Assembly (NCBI GenBank): GCA_040954595.2
Contig: CM082596.2
Span: 11,028,454-11,092,453, forward strand
Direction of reading: 5' to 3'
Source of the DNA: Balanoglossus misakiensis
Taxonomy: Eukaryota > Animalia > Hemichordata
Length of the DNA stretch: 64,000 nucleotides
The notes below the pieces were generated by a model. It was not told the origin of the DNA, searched no databases, and saw only the letters and a list, made by a program, of their open reading frames with translations. The translations under genes were made by a program, and so were the position numbers. Of the stretch, positions 39,565-52,978 are shown one piece after another (position 1 is the stretch's first letter; every line of letters begins with the position of its first letter).

Positions 39565-40245
39565 CACAGACAAAGAGAAAAAACAGACTAGCAACGCGGC
39601 ATGTTCCTTTGATGTCTTGTTCACCTCGGCAAACAAGGGGAAACAATAGGCTTCAAATGTGTCAAATGGGTTAGACACCGCGGAGACTTCCCAGAATACT
39701 TTGCGGTTGTGTCATTATCGACAGCTGCAGTACCTTGCCTGACACAGCTTTGCACTCAGGACTCGACTGAAACACTACTTCACGACGACCACGATTTACA
39801 TTTGATTTACACGTTAGAAGTAAAATTTGCATCTACAACCCATGCAAATTTACAGAACATGATTCGGCGAACAGGAATCCATTCCAAAAAAGTCGAGATG
39901 GATGATTAAACCTTTTAAAATTTACGATCAAACACACTTATTATATATTCATAAGTTTTTATTAAATGGTAAAACTCATCGCTCCGATGCTCAAACTTCC
40001 TCCAATTTTCACTGTCCACTCGCCTTCCGTCTACAGCTGACTGAAAACGACAACACGAACTTTCACAAAAACACTTTCGTTTTATTATCGGGAAAATTCC
40101 GGACATTGCCGAAGTGGATACGTTCGGAAAACTTCGGAGACAAGCTGCACCTTGAAGGCGAGCTGAGACACGCATAGGGGATTAGGAGATGTACTTCACA
40201 CCTTTTGACAATAGCGTTGCTAGTCTGTTTTTCTCTTTGTCTGTG
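39565..40245. mobile_element. Mirror copy of the P-type MITE
   Basis: Same TIRs, flanked by CATGAAC on both sides; lies within the inverted segment. Confidence 0.88.
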
Positions 40246-41984
40246 CATGAACAATCTATACACTGTACATGCTATATGGGCAACTGTTGTGTCAATGTTT
40301 AACTTTAACCAGCTAGGTCACAGTGTACAGTACCCATCTTTTTATTAACACGCAACACAAACCATAATTGAGAGTTCTATAAGGTCAACCCTTGCGTCAA
40401 TGTTTAACCAGTCTATAGTGGACAGCATTATGCAAAACTTTGCATGAACACTTAAAGGTCCCATGTAGTGCAGGAGCTTAACCGCACATTTTGGCATAAT
40501 TGTGCACTTTGGGTTAAAAGCATAAAACTTGGTACACTTATGCATTGACCCATGGCGGCCATTTTCTGATATGGATCCAAAATGACAGCGCCCTCTAGTG
40601 GCCAGAAACAGACATTCATACTTAAAAATTGTACACTTTGGGTTAAAAGCATGAAATTTGGTACAATTATTCATTGACCCATGGCGGACATTTTCCAATA
40701 TGGATCCCAAAAGACAGCGCCCTCTAGTGGCTAGAAACTGACATTTACACTTTTCCCCCCATTAATGACACTTTTTGGGCAAGTTTAACACTCAGAGACA
40801 GACATGTGGGTTGTAAAACATGCTTGCTGCCATACATTCCTTTGAATAGTATCCTAATCCTGATGTACATGCATCAGATCAATCTTGTATGTTACTAATT
40901 GACCGATTTGTTCTTCGAAATAACAACCAGTTCAATACACAAAGTCATGCAAAGGGTAATACAACACCTCTTCTCCAGAAAGTCAAGGGTTCTCGAGAAT
41001 ACAGGCAGCTCCTAAAGAACATGTGCTGTGAGAAACCTAGCAAAGTTATATCAAACCAACAGAATCTCAGTGGAAATCAAGTTGGGCAACTCTTAGTCAA
41101 GCCCAAGAAAAGAGTCAACATCAGGAAATCAGTGGCCAAAAGTCATGCACATGTAGGTGCTTTAGGTCTAGTCTGACAGCAGTGGTCATTGTTACTGTGA
41201 AGGAAGATGTAATCAAGATTGATCTGATACATGTATATCAGGATTAGGATAATGTACACATGAATGTATGGTAGCAAGCATGTTTTACAACCCACATTCC
41301 TGTTTCTGAGTGTTACAAATGACCAAAAAGTGCCATTAATGGGGGGAAAGTGTGAATGTCAGTTTCTGGCCACAAGAGGGCGCTGTTATTTTGGATCCAT
41401 ATCATAAAATGGCCGCCATGGGTCAATGCATAAGTGTACCAAGTTTCAGGCTTTTAACCCGAAGTGCACGGTTTTTAAGTATGAATGTATGTTTCTGGCC
41501 AATAGAGGGTGCTGTCATTTTGGATCCATATCAGAAAATGGCCGCCATGGGTCAATGCATAAGTGTACCAAGTTTCATGCTTTTAACCCAAAGTGCACAA
41601 TTTTTTGTTAACTGCCCCACTAAAAGCGACATCTGATCGATCTATTATTCAAATGAAGAGTTGAAAATGACTGCTGTGTTAGAAGGGAATCGTTTGCATT
41701 AAATTCGTCCAAAGTATAAGACTTACAATTATAGTTATTTTGCAAGAAGTGGTCTGTGGTTTCGCCGATGATGAGTTTGCTTGTACACTATGATGTAGTA
41801 GTTAAAGGACGCCTAGCAGATTTTGGCGAGACTTTCCTCATTCGGAATGTAGACAGTTGGTGACCTGTCGACTTTCTTTGTCAGGATTTTTCCATATTGC
41901 GTCCACAAGTATTTCCATCCATATTCATTTCTTCTGGCATTTACCTTTGTGAATAAAGATCTTCGTCCTGGTGTCAGATTTTCA

Positions 41985-43853
41985 ATTCACAGTGTTTTTT
42001 ATTGGGCTGGCTGACCATGCAATTCAATACATTCTCAAAAATGCAAAGGAGAATGTTGCGACACAGTTGAGAGAAGTTGATGTACTCATAATTGATGAAT
42101 TTTATGGAAAGTGCTCGTCTGTTCAGTGTCATTGCTATATTAAGTAAAGTGGGCAGAGAAGGCAAGCAATCGTTTGGTGGTATCCAAGTGATTGCAATTG
42201 GAGACTTCCATCAATTACCACCAGTACCAAGCCACGTGGATGATGGAGAATACCCATTCCAGTCCCCATTATGGGAAACAACCTTCAGACACATCATTGT
42301 CCTCAAAACTATCTATAGACAGCAACACAATCAGCAAGAGTTCCTCCCAGCTTTGAATGGTGTCCGCCTCGGTCAATGCAGTCCTCGTACATTGGATTTC
42401 CTCAACACCTTGAAGCGGCCTCTGCTGAACCCAGAAAACCAAACCCACATCTACTTTCATAATGCAGATGTGAACCTCCACAACATGTGTCAGCTTGATA
42501 AGTTAACAGGACAATGCCATGTTTTCCAGGCAGTTGATAAAGGGGACGTGCATCAAGTGGAAAGGCGTGCCATTGCACCAAACAAGCTCTTAGTAAAGGT
42601 TGGTGCTCTTGTGATGCTGGTATACATTCTCAGTGACAGCCTTCACAATGGAAGCACTGGCATTTCAAAGGAATAGATGAAAATGGAAATCCTGTTGTAG
42701 CATTTGAGGATAGACTGATACAGGTGCCTGTACATCGTCAAACGTGGACTTTTAAAACGACCAGGGAGTTGGGATTGGAAGGCGCTGCCAAATCCATTTG
42801 AAGCTGTGCTGGGCAATGATAGCACATAAATGTCAGGGACAAACGATCAAGAATGTTGCCATACACGCAGGCAACGAATTTGTTCCAGGGCAATTATATG
42901 TATCACTTTCACGGGCAAAATCAAAAGATACAGTTCTCTTGTTTAGTTTTACCCCACAGAGGATGCTTCCAGTCAAAAGTCTAGTATCTTCTGTCTATGA
43001 AATACTATGCATTCAGGGTCAAGAAACGCCAGAAGATATTGCCTGTTGCAGCAAAGACGTAGAGTGTGACATGGTATGCAGTGAAGATATCCAGATGATA
43101 AGAAATGATGATGGAGAGGCATATGTACAATCAACATATGACACGGATGATAGTGACAAGACTACCATAGATTTGAGGGACATTTATGGATAAAAGCCAC
43201 AGAGAGCTAGAAGAACTCCCACATGACTCCAGTGCAGACACATTCCTACATGAACTTAAAGATGTTTCTCCATTTGCTGAAGTGGAAGATTCACTGTCCG
43301 GGCGTTTGAACTGTCTGATTGACAAATTAGAAGATATGCCAGAGCTGTTTATTTTATTTCTAAAGATACAATGGCTGAAGATAGTTTGTACTACAAAGAA
43401 AGGAATTGAAGAAAATGAAGAAGTAAAGCTTATACTAGCAGATTTCAAGAACATGCATGGCTGGCTTACTGCACGATATCTGCAACGAACACAGCTTATC
43501 GAAGAGGGTGCATCCCTTTTTGGTATCCCTATCACCAGTATGAAAGATGAATACTTCACCTTACTAACTAACATTGTAGATTAATGATCTCGCAGATGCA
43601 CTGTCTTATTTCCCGTGCAGAAAAAAGAAGTCTTGAGGCGACGCAAAATATCGTACATATAGAAGAAATCGGGGGTGATGGCAGAGGAAAAATACGCTAC
43701 TTGGCTGGGTGGACACTTCGTAAAGAAATTGAAAGCATTTCAAAATACATAAAAAACTATCTGTACTCTACTGATAAGAAAGTCAATAAACGGTTGAAAT
43801 TGGAGTACCAGACAAAGAATCTCTGGACTTTCTTACAGTTCCAGATACACTGA
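41985..43853 (+). pseudogene. Pif1-family helicase fragment, copy 3
   Basis: ORFs 42092-42676, 42798-43193, 43186-43584 and 43584-43853. Has an extra 1-bp deletion near 42665 and lacks the stop present in copies 1 and 2 after FLKIQ. Confidence 0.88.
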
Positions 43854-44991
43854 TACACAGTTGTGTACTAATATTACCAAGTTTTTTGACATGCTGGTGT
43901 AAAATTTGTGTTATTCAGACATCATCGACATTTGGTTGGAAATGTAAATACGTAAAAAAAATCAAAAAATTTTAGATTTTCTCACAAATGGGAAACTTTT
44001 GAAACATACATACATGTAGATGAAAGATATAATCTTATCGATTACGTTAATCTTTCATCCTAGAAAGTTAGATGTTAATTTGTTTATATGTTAATCATGT
44101 GTGTTATATATAACCGAAAATAATAGTATTTTATCTTTTCACCATGTGTCGTAAACTGGAATTGTTCATAAATAACTGTATAAGTACAATTCGGGAAATA
44201 TGATGGTAAAAGAGAAGGTTTCGCGGTTTGTAGAATATTAATCTGTATAAACGGACGAATGAAATGTATCATCAGGTTGTTTAGTGGCAAACCATGTCGT
44301 CAGCTGTCGATGTCGAATACAACATTCGGTACCCGATCAAAATCAGACAGTCGCCAGTCCTACCTGAAGTTCGATTTAGGTCAAAATAACGTCAAATAAC
44401 AAAATATATTTATTCGAAATGGATTAGACTTTTACTTGGCTGCCTTAGCCATAGGTTCTTTGGGTTTGGATTACTACAACAAAGTGTTAAAGTTTCATAA
44501 TTTGTCACGTAACAAAATTTGCTGTTCTTTTTTTTTCTCAAAAGAGTTGTCACGATACATACTCTGCAGCATATTCTAGTGTATATAAGTAAAATACGAA
44601 ACCTCTGTCAGAATATATCCAGTATAGAACATTTGCTGTTGTCACAAAGTGTCTATAGTGTTGTGTGTTGTCTTGTGTGTCCAGTGTTGTTTTTGTGTGG
44701 TGGTTAAAGGTTAGTTAGGATTTGCTGCACGTCTACTTGCCTGAGGTGGTTAGACAGTTAGTAACACATCTTAGCATCGAACGGCTTTGACAAAATGAAC
44801 TCTGCTATGACACAACACCAGTGTGAATAGCTGCGCATGGACAATTCACCAGCCCTGGATTACATAATCTCTGCACTGACTTGGTCTGCATGAATTATTC
44901 GGAGGTGATAATTCGGGGAGAAACTAAAACAATAGACAGTGGAGAACAGTGGACAATCATTCTGAATAAATTATTGTAGAAAATATGTACA

Positions 44992-46443
44992 CCCTTACGA
45001 AGTTGTTTTCTTGCGGCAAACATGCGGCGAAGTTGCGGCACATGTGCGGCACGCAAATTTCTGACCGCAACTTTGTGGCGACTAATCGCCGATGATCGCC
45101 AGTACCGGCACACTTCTGGCGATCAGTCAAGACTTTTGTGGCACATATGCCGCAACATTTAAGTAAACACAGAGTGTCTTGTACTACTGGTGATCAGTGG
45201 AGCCTTTTGCGGCGCATATGCCGCAAAAGTAAAGTAAACAGGGAGTTTGATATTATCTGGTGATCAGTGGAGTCTGTTGCGGCACGGTTGCGGTATATAT
45301 GCCAGAACGTTCTAGTAAACAGAGTTTGAATATGCAGCTGGTTATAATTACTTTTTGGTGACATGTGCAGAAACGAGAATGAGGCTGGTTTCATTTAGGC
45401 GGACATTTTGATTGTGTAAGGTTACACTGTAGTCACTGTGCCCATCAAAAACCATGAATTTGATGTCACCAATCCATACAGCTGGAAGCTGCTTCACTTG
45501 AATACTGTGGTAGCGATATTTGTGCATTACCAGAGGTCAGTAGTTTGAACAATTTCCTGAGGATGATGTCATAATCTTGTACTAAAAGTCAGACTAAATG
45601 GAAAAGTGTCTGCAAAAGAAAAACTCTGGTGTTGATCCAAGACAATTTATACCAGTAAGAGGACACTTGAGACAAGAACATTGCAATGACATGTATACAG
45701 CTGGGTGAGTTTTCTAAATTTTGTTGGTTTCTGTGGTAGTTGAATCACTTGAGATAACTATAAAATAATGCCTGCTGTTAAAATAATCAATGAGGGTCAC
45801 AATTTAACAAAAAAAAGGATGTTTTGTCTAAGCCTGTTAAATATACTTGGGATAACTCTCCTTATGGGAAGTACATGTATGAATATGACACACCAAATTC
45901 ACATGAGAATTAAGATTTGCTGAACCAAGATACATGTACATTGTACTGTGAAGTATGCAAACTTCAGAACAGAATGGATAGATTGGCAATTCTTTTCACG
46001 GGTGGCTGGTAGCTAAGAAGGGGCCACAGTAGGGATTAATTACATGTATTATTAAACAAGAGGTCATAATTTGCGGCATATACGCCGCAAACCCACAAAG
46101 TTGCGGTATGTTTACCGCAACTGTTCGCCGCAACAGCTCATTTGCATGCGAAAATATACATTAGCCGCGCGTGCGCCGCAAACAGTTGCGGTATATGCGC
46201 CGCAAAGTTGCAAAGGGCAGAATTTGCGGCATGTACGCCGCAAACCCCTGTTTTGGCATACGTGCCGCATATGTGCCACAAAGTTGCGGTATGTTTACCG
46301 CAACTGTGCGCCGCAACAGCTCATTTGCATGCGAAAATATGCATTAGCCGCGCGTGCGCCGCAAACAGTTGCGGTATATGTGCTGCAAAGTTGCGGTAAG
46401 TTTACCACAACTGTTCGCCAGAAGCCTTATTTTTTCGTAAGGG
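44992..46443. mobile_element. Non-autonomous DNA transposon, CMC (EnSpm/Mirage-like), 1452 bp
   Basis: Termini CCCTTACGAA / TTCGTAAGGG, 2-bp TSD CA, and many subterminal TTGCGG/CCGCAA repeats. The empty site is visible at 34041-34060 (reverse strand). The superfamily is inferred. Confidence 0.85.
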
Positions 46444-46470
46444 CAGCAATGCGCCTGGAAGGTGGTATAA

Positions 46471-47236
46471 GGCTGCATTCACAAACACCTCTGGAGGGGG
46501 GGGGGGCAGGAGAATTGAGGGGGGGGGGATTTGAAAAAATTGAGGGTATGTAAGGGGGGATTTGAAATAATTTAGGGACTGAAAGGGGGGGACTTGAAAA
46601 CTTTAACGACTAAATATTTATTTTGAGTCCACAAAAATGCAGTTTCGTGCCCTTTATTTTACAAAATTTTCTATAAACACTCACCCCCTCAATTCACCAA
46701 CACCTTTCAATCATTGACTGGTTTATCTAGTGTCCCAGGTCAGGGGACTTGCCCCCACCCCATGATAACTTTGAGCGGCGACGGTTAAATTTGTCCTCCC
46801 CAACATACCGGTAGTTGAGTTAATTTGCTTTTGCCGGGTTCATTAAAATGCAGCTTTGAGCTCTGTATTTTAAAAAATTTGGGACACCCCCTCCCAAACC
46901 CACCCCCTTCAATTCTCGGTTTACAATGTCTCCCAACACAGAACACAAATATATGTACTTAAAAAATTAAAACAATGTTCAGTATTAATACCCACTGATG
47001 AGGGGAAACATCAGTTTCAAATTCTTTTCATGGGAGCGCTGTTTTTCTTTTTACAAGATAGATAGGTGATGTGTTTTGCTCTGTGAAAGAAAATGGGGGG
47101 GGGATTTCAAAATTTTGGCAGTTCGGAAGGGGGGGATTTGAAAATATTGGCAGTTCGGAAGGGGGCATGTGAAAATTAGCGGTAAAAAAAATGAATTCTC
47201 CCCCGCCCCCCTCCAGAGGTGTTTGTGAATGCAGCC
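46471..47236. mobile_element. PIF/Harbinger-like MITE, 766 bp
   Basis: ~30-bp TIR GGCTGCATTCACAAACACCTCTGGAGGGGG with TAA on both sides. A partial inverted copy lies at 33824-34024. Confidence 0.85.
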
Positions 47237-47414
47237 TAAAAGGCTGCGTGCCCGAGAAGTTGCCCTAAGTGTACACGGTCAAAGCAAAGGAAGCCTTGTT
47301 TCACATTGCAGGCAGAGGATTTACAAAGGTGTGAAAGACTATTTGTCCACATCAAGATAAGCCTTCAACTGAACTTCGAAAAGCCGAAAAAACTCGACTG
47401 AGTTGGGTTAGGGG

Positions 47415-48032
47415 TCTTTTGGGATCCATATTGGAAAATGTCCGCCATGGGTCAATGAATAATTGTACCAAATTTCATGCTTTTAACCCAAAGTGCACAA
47501 TTTTTAAGTATGAATGTCTGTTTCTGGCCACTAGAGGGCGCTGTCATTTTGGATCCATATCAGAAAATGGCCGCCATGGGTCAATGCATAAGTGTACCAA
47601 GTTTTATGCTTTTAACCCAAAGTGCACAATTATGCCAAAATGTGGGGTTAAGCTCCTGCACTATATGGCAGCAAGCATGTTTTACAACCAACATTCCTGT
47701 CTCTGAGTGTTAAACTTGCCCAAAAAGTGTCATTAATAGGGGGAAAAGTGTAAATGTCAGTTTCTAGCCACTAGAGGGCGCTGTCTTTTGGGATCCATAT
47801 TGGAAAATGTCCGCCATGGGTCAATGAATAATTGTACCAAATTTCATGCTTTTAACCCAAAGTGCACAATTTTTAAGTATGAATGTCTGTTTCTGGCCAC
47901 TAGAGGGCACTGTCCTTTTGGATCCATATCAGAAAATGGCCGCCATGGGTCAATGCATAAGTGTACCAAGTTTTATGCTTTTAACCCAAAGTGCACAATT
48001 ATGCCAAAATGTGGGGTTAAGCTCCTGCACTA
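47415..48032 (+). repeat. Interspersed repeat of ~129-bp subunits bearing CCACTAGAGGGCGC, here as a 369-bp tandem duplication
   Basis: Near-identical ORFs start at 47419 and 47788. The same family occurs at ~27270-27634, 29523-29890, 30320-30655 and their mirror copies. Confidence 0.88.
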
Positions 48033-51011
48033 TTTGATGAATTTTCTGTCATTGCCCTCAGTGAAACATGGCTAGACCCAGGTGTTGATGCATCATTATA
48101 TAACCTCCCTTCGTACAACTTTGTTCATAAATGTAGAGCTGTTTCCAGAGGAGGAGGTGTTGGTCTCTATTTACACGAGTCGTTATCATACTATACCTAT
48201 AATAGACTTAGTTGTTCTCCAACATTGCGAATGTCTCTTTGTTGAAATCCTACTTGAAAAAGCAAGGTCATCATAGGTGTCATATATCGCAGACCAAATA
48301 CACCTACTCAGGATTTTTTAACCAGTTTATCAGATTGTCTTGATAATCTACGCATTACCTACAAAAATGCATTTTATAAGGGGATTTCAATATAAATATA
48401 GATGGCGATAACACTGTCTTTAATGAATATATCGCTACTCTTAGTGGTAATAATTTTTATCAAATCATGGACGTACCGAACAGGACAACTACTCACACCT
48501 CCACATTAATAGATCATTGCCATGTAAATTTTCGTAACCAGTTCATTGAAAGTGGGACAGTACAAACTGATATAAGTGACCATTATCCCATCTTTGCCAT
48601 CTTTAAGGATTTACGTCATGTGTTCACTGTTGAAACAATTGATTTCAAGTGTGATTTTTCTTCATTTGATCCAGTTTCATATAAAAATGACTTTGCAAAT
48701 ATTTCTTGGCAGGATGTTTACGACTCTAATGATCCGAATGTTGCCTATAATACTGTCTACAATTGTTTCATGATATGGCAACAAGACACATGCCAGTCGA
48801 ACGGTGTTCAAACCAGCGTAAGCGCTTACGGAAACCATGGATCAAAAATGACTTCTGGTCTCAATTAAAAACAAGCATAATATGTTCTCCAAAACAAAAC
48901 GCCATTCTGCAAGCTCATCTATTCATCAAGAGTACAAACTTTATCGCAACCTGTTAACAAAACTTATGCGACGAGCAAAAAAGAAGTATTTTTGTGATAA
49001 ATTGCAACTGTCTGTAGCCTCTGGGAAGGACCACAAAAATGGCAAGTCATCAATGAAATCTTGAACAAAAATTCAAAGGTTAATGCTCCACAAAAAATAA
49101 AAGATGACGAAAACCCTGGGAATTTTGTTACTAAAAATATTGATATAGTTGACGCTTTTAATTTTTTTTGTCAACATTGGACAAAATCTAGCATCACAAA
49201 TACATTGTAGCGCTAATTTCAATGATTACCTTGGTATTCGTCATTTTAATTCTTTCTTTTTCCATCCTGTGCATTCTGGTGATATACTCAGAGAAATTAA
49301 ATTATTAGACCATTGTAAAGCTGCTGGTTTTGATGAAATATATCCAAAAGGAAGGAAGCAGCGGGTTATATTACAGAACCATTTGCTCATATTGTTAATA
49401 TTTCTTTGTCACAGGGTATTTTTCCAGAGAAACTGAAAATGGCACTGAGTAACACCAATTTTTAAAAAGGGTTGTGTTCATGAAATAGGAAATTACAGAC
49501 CTATCTCTGTCTTGCCAACCTTATTAGTAAGCTGTACGAGTCTATTGTAAATAAGCAACTGTGTTCTTTTTTTGAAAACAATTGATATTCTCACTAACAG
49601 CCAATATGGATTTCGTAAGAAAGATAGTACTAAGTTAGCTTTAGCAGATCTCACAACAAAAATATCAAAGCACATTGATAACGGTCTTGTTGCATTTGGT
49701 ATCTTTATTGATTTTAAAAAGGCATTTGATACGATTAACCACACAACTTTGTTAGCTGAGCTATGCCACCATGGGATTAGGGGATCCACACTTAATTGGT
49801 TTGAGACTTATATATAAGACCGACAGCAGTATGTCAAGGTCAATAATTGTACTTCAAAAGCAAAAAGGATCTCCTGTGGGATTCCACAGGGATCAATTCT
49901 AGGTCCACTTCTTTTTCTAGTATATATAAATGATATCAGCAGATCCTCAGACTATTATCAATTCAGGTTATTTGCTGACGATACCAATTTATTTTGTTCA
50001 GATAAGCAGGACAAAATCGATCTTGCCACTCTGAATGTTGAGCTAACTAAAGTACAGAACTGGTGTAAGTCAAATAAACTTACTATTAATATTGACAAAA
50101 CAAACTATGTTATTTTCAAAACAGCCCAGGCGAAGTTTAAGCCTGAAGGGGATTTATATGTCTCTGATTTACGAATACAAAATGTTTCATCTGCTGTTTA
50201 TCTTGGAGTTACTCTTGACTCATCATTATCCTGGAAGTCTCACATCAACATTATTTTTAAGAAGGTTCGCCAAAAATCGGTATTATTTCATATGTACGCC
50301 ATTATCTCCCTAAGTCTATAATTTTATTATTATACAATTGTCTTATCCTTCCCCATATAATGTATTGTATCGAAATATGGGGAAATGCACATAAAACCTA
50401 TTTAGATTGTATTTTCAAATTGCAAAAGTGACTTGTAAGACTTATAACTTATAACATCTAGCCCCAATACACATAGTGCACCACTTTTTCAGCAACTTGG
50501 AATTCTTAATGTTTACAAACTCTGTAAATTTCAAACTTGTGTTTTTGCGTATGATCTAAAGGCAGGCATTATGCCCCCTCACTAGATCGCTATGCTTCAT
50601 TTGTGTCACACAAATATTCTACAAGATTTGCCTCCACTGATAAGTTTATGCTTCCCAAAGTAAAACTTACTTCATCTCAAAATAATTTATACTAGTCTAT
50701 TGCCAAGCATTGGAATGAAATTCCTACACAAATAAAATCAATTCATTCAAGGAATTTATTTAAAAGCTCTCTGAAAATGTATCTATTGAGCATAGATTAA
50801 TTTAACCTCTGTTATAAACCTGTTTATTTTGTCACCGCGTTGTTTGACTACCAACTATTGTTCTGTGATATGAAATGGCAATTATATTAATTGTTTCAAT
50901 GATTTGTATGTATTTAGGGACACGACTAGTTCCACTAAAACTACTTCCCTGGTCCGCACCAGTTATGTCAAATGCATCTTCCTGGTGAAATAAACATCTA
51001 TTTATCTATCT
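48033..51011 (+). mobile_element. Decayed CR1/L2-group non-LTR retrotransposon (APE + RT), 5'-truncated
   Basis: APE motifs: IALSETWL, IGVIYR, GDFNI, TLIDH, SDHYPI. RT motifs: YRPISVLP, QYGFRK, FIDFKKAFDTINH, GIPQGSILGPLLF, LFADDT. Many frameshifts; ends with AATAAA and a (TCTA)-like tail. Confidence 0.92.
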
Positions 51012-52538
51012 TTGGACTTTTCTGGCAGATCATCATGTATGCTGCAAGCTGCATCAGTAGGACACACAATCTGTACATTTTTGGGGAGTATTGATGAAGA
51101 TATTGCGACCAAGCAGTGCCAACTCCACACACTGTTGTTGTGCCTTTCACATGCTACAAGGCAAAGTTTTGAAAATCATTAGTTTTCTCAAAAAGAACAG
51201 ATAAATGTCATCTGTACAAAACTTCCAGAACTCTCTCCAAAAATCTCTCAAGTGAACTCTGCACATTTTTTTCTAAAGTTTTATTTTGGAATTATTAAAA
51301 TTACTTCAAGAATTTAAGTAATACCATTCAGATGTATGGAGATGCCTGGGAATTTATGTTCAGAAATGGTATTTAAGATATTTAAAATTTTGAACTCCAT
51401 TTGAAGCTGATATCTAACAGAAAATATTAACAACAAATGATAGAGAAGGCAACAATTTCACAACGGTCTTTGCAAATTTGATAAATAGCTAAAAACATAA
51501 ATCTATTAATGGTTATACACAGTAATCATTTTGAACACACAGAGTCAAATTCACTACAAACTTTCAGTCTCCAGGGTAATATAATGACATCAATTTCAAT
51601 AACATTGAAGTTTCATTAAATGCTTAAAATGCTTTAAAATTGTTCAATATGGCATGCACCATGCACAAACTTATGAGACTGATCAATGAAAATTAATTTT
51701 TTGCATAATATAATGAAAATGATAAAATCTGTCGTCAAATCCATGGGAAACTCAACTCAAAAAGTACATCACTGTCAATCTATATTATCTATATATTATT
51801 GATCCGCCTCTAGGGAAAAATGTTTAAAAAGTTTCATGCAAATATACTACTACTGAACATGTAGACTGAGACTTATAAAAACTTCAAAAAACACTGGTAA
51901 TTGAACAAGTGTATGTTAACAAAATTATGTGTTTAAAGGCACATAAACTGTAAATTTCAAATGATTTAATCATGTAGGTGAGATCATACATCACTTATAA
52001 ATGCATTTATAAATTAAAAAAAAAAAAACAAAAAAAAACAGGTGGGTATCCCACTCAAATATGACTGCATTAATACTTGTATGCAAAAAGGAGTCATGTA
52101 ATGTGGCACCACACTAATGTGCACACCCACAAACACATTTGACATGGAAATAATGTATTTTTACAATCTTGATAAAACAATTTGATGTCAACCAATGAAC
52201 GGGACACATGTAATTTAATGTTTTCTCTGTACTTTGTAACATGACTTGCACATTTTTGAAAATGGCAGGAAATTCACAATGGAATATAGATGACTTAACT
52301 TTTCTGGCGTTTCTGAAACCAATATATTTTTTGCCACATTTAACGGCAACAACATTATCGTGAGTTGGAAATCAAAAAATAATTGGGAATTTAAGAGAAT
52401 ATATTTGAAAGACAACATATTTCAGAGCTAGAGGTGATGGACCTTTATTAACACATTGATTAAATTTGAAAATACAAAGTACCAAAATTCAGGATTTCGT
52501 ATGAAAAAATGAAAAAGTAATTAATTGAACATTTTTAA

Positions 52539-52978
52539 ACCCCGGTGCGGGGTATAAAAGACCCCCCAAATCAGTGGCGAATCTTAATGCCGTTTGACTG
52601 ACAACAGACAACACCAACGATCTTGGCTCTATGAAAATCGGCCCAAACAGGTCCAAGAATAAAGAATTACACCACACAACGACAGTAGTTGGCTTTATAA
52701 ACACACACAACATAAAGTTATCGACGAAAAAGTACACGAGCTTTTGAAACAACGATGATTTTGGGAGAAATCTGGTTTGAGTGCTTTTCAGAAGCGTCCC
52801 TGGGAAACAATAACCACGCCATTCAAACAGTTGTCAATCGCGTGGAAGTGTGAAGTGTTCAATTATTTTCTGTGTACATGAGAGCAATTACACAGTCATT
52901 ATGCACGACGACCACTCCCAAATAAACAACTATACAAACACACGTTAATCCGAACCCCAGGACTTTCCGCACCGGGGT
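52539..52978. mobile_element. TTAA-flanked MITE (piggyBac/Kolobok-like), 440 bp
   Basis: 12-bp TIR ACCCCGGTGCGG, with TTAA at 52535-52538 and 52979-52982. Confidence 0.65.

Larger units (their letters stand above)
26847..46673. repeat. Inverted triplication (forward - inverted - forward), including a ~7-kb-arm quasi-palindrome
   Basis: 26847-33823 is the reverse complement of 34271-41247 (mirror ORF coordinates sum to 68094-68100). 33824-38577 is the reverse complement of 40466-46673, apart from an insertion at 44992-46443. Confidence 0.95.

Noticed and set aside
26847-41247. Palindrome as a pure assembly artefact
   Set aside because: The copies differ by SNPs, multi-base indels and a 1.45-kb insertion, and one repeat copy is a clean recombinant. 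An artefact is not fully excluded without reads.
31035-43853. Helitron assignment, or a functional PIF1 gene cluster
   Set aside because: No Rep/HUH motifs or Helitron ends were recognised. All three copies share frameshifts and lack Walker A, so they are one pseudogene triplicated.
27390-48075. Recurrent ORFs such as MGSILENVRHGS..., MNTQYTVHAM... and MRHIRRKPTK...
   Set aside because: They are chance translations of tandem and interspersed repeats, with no domain motifs.
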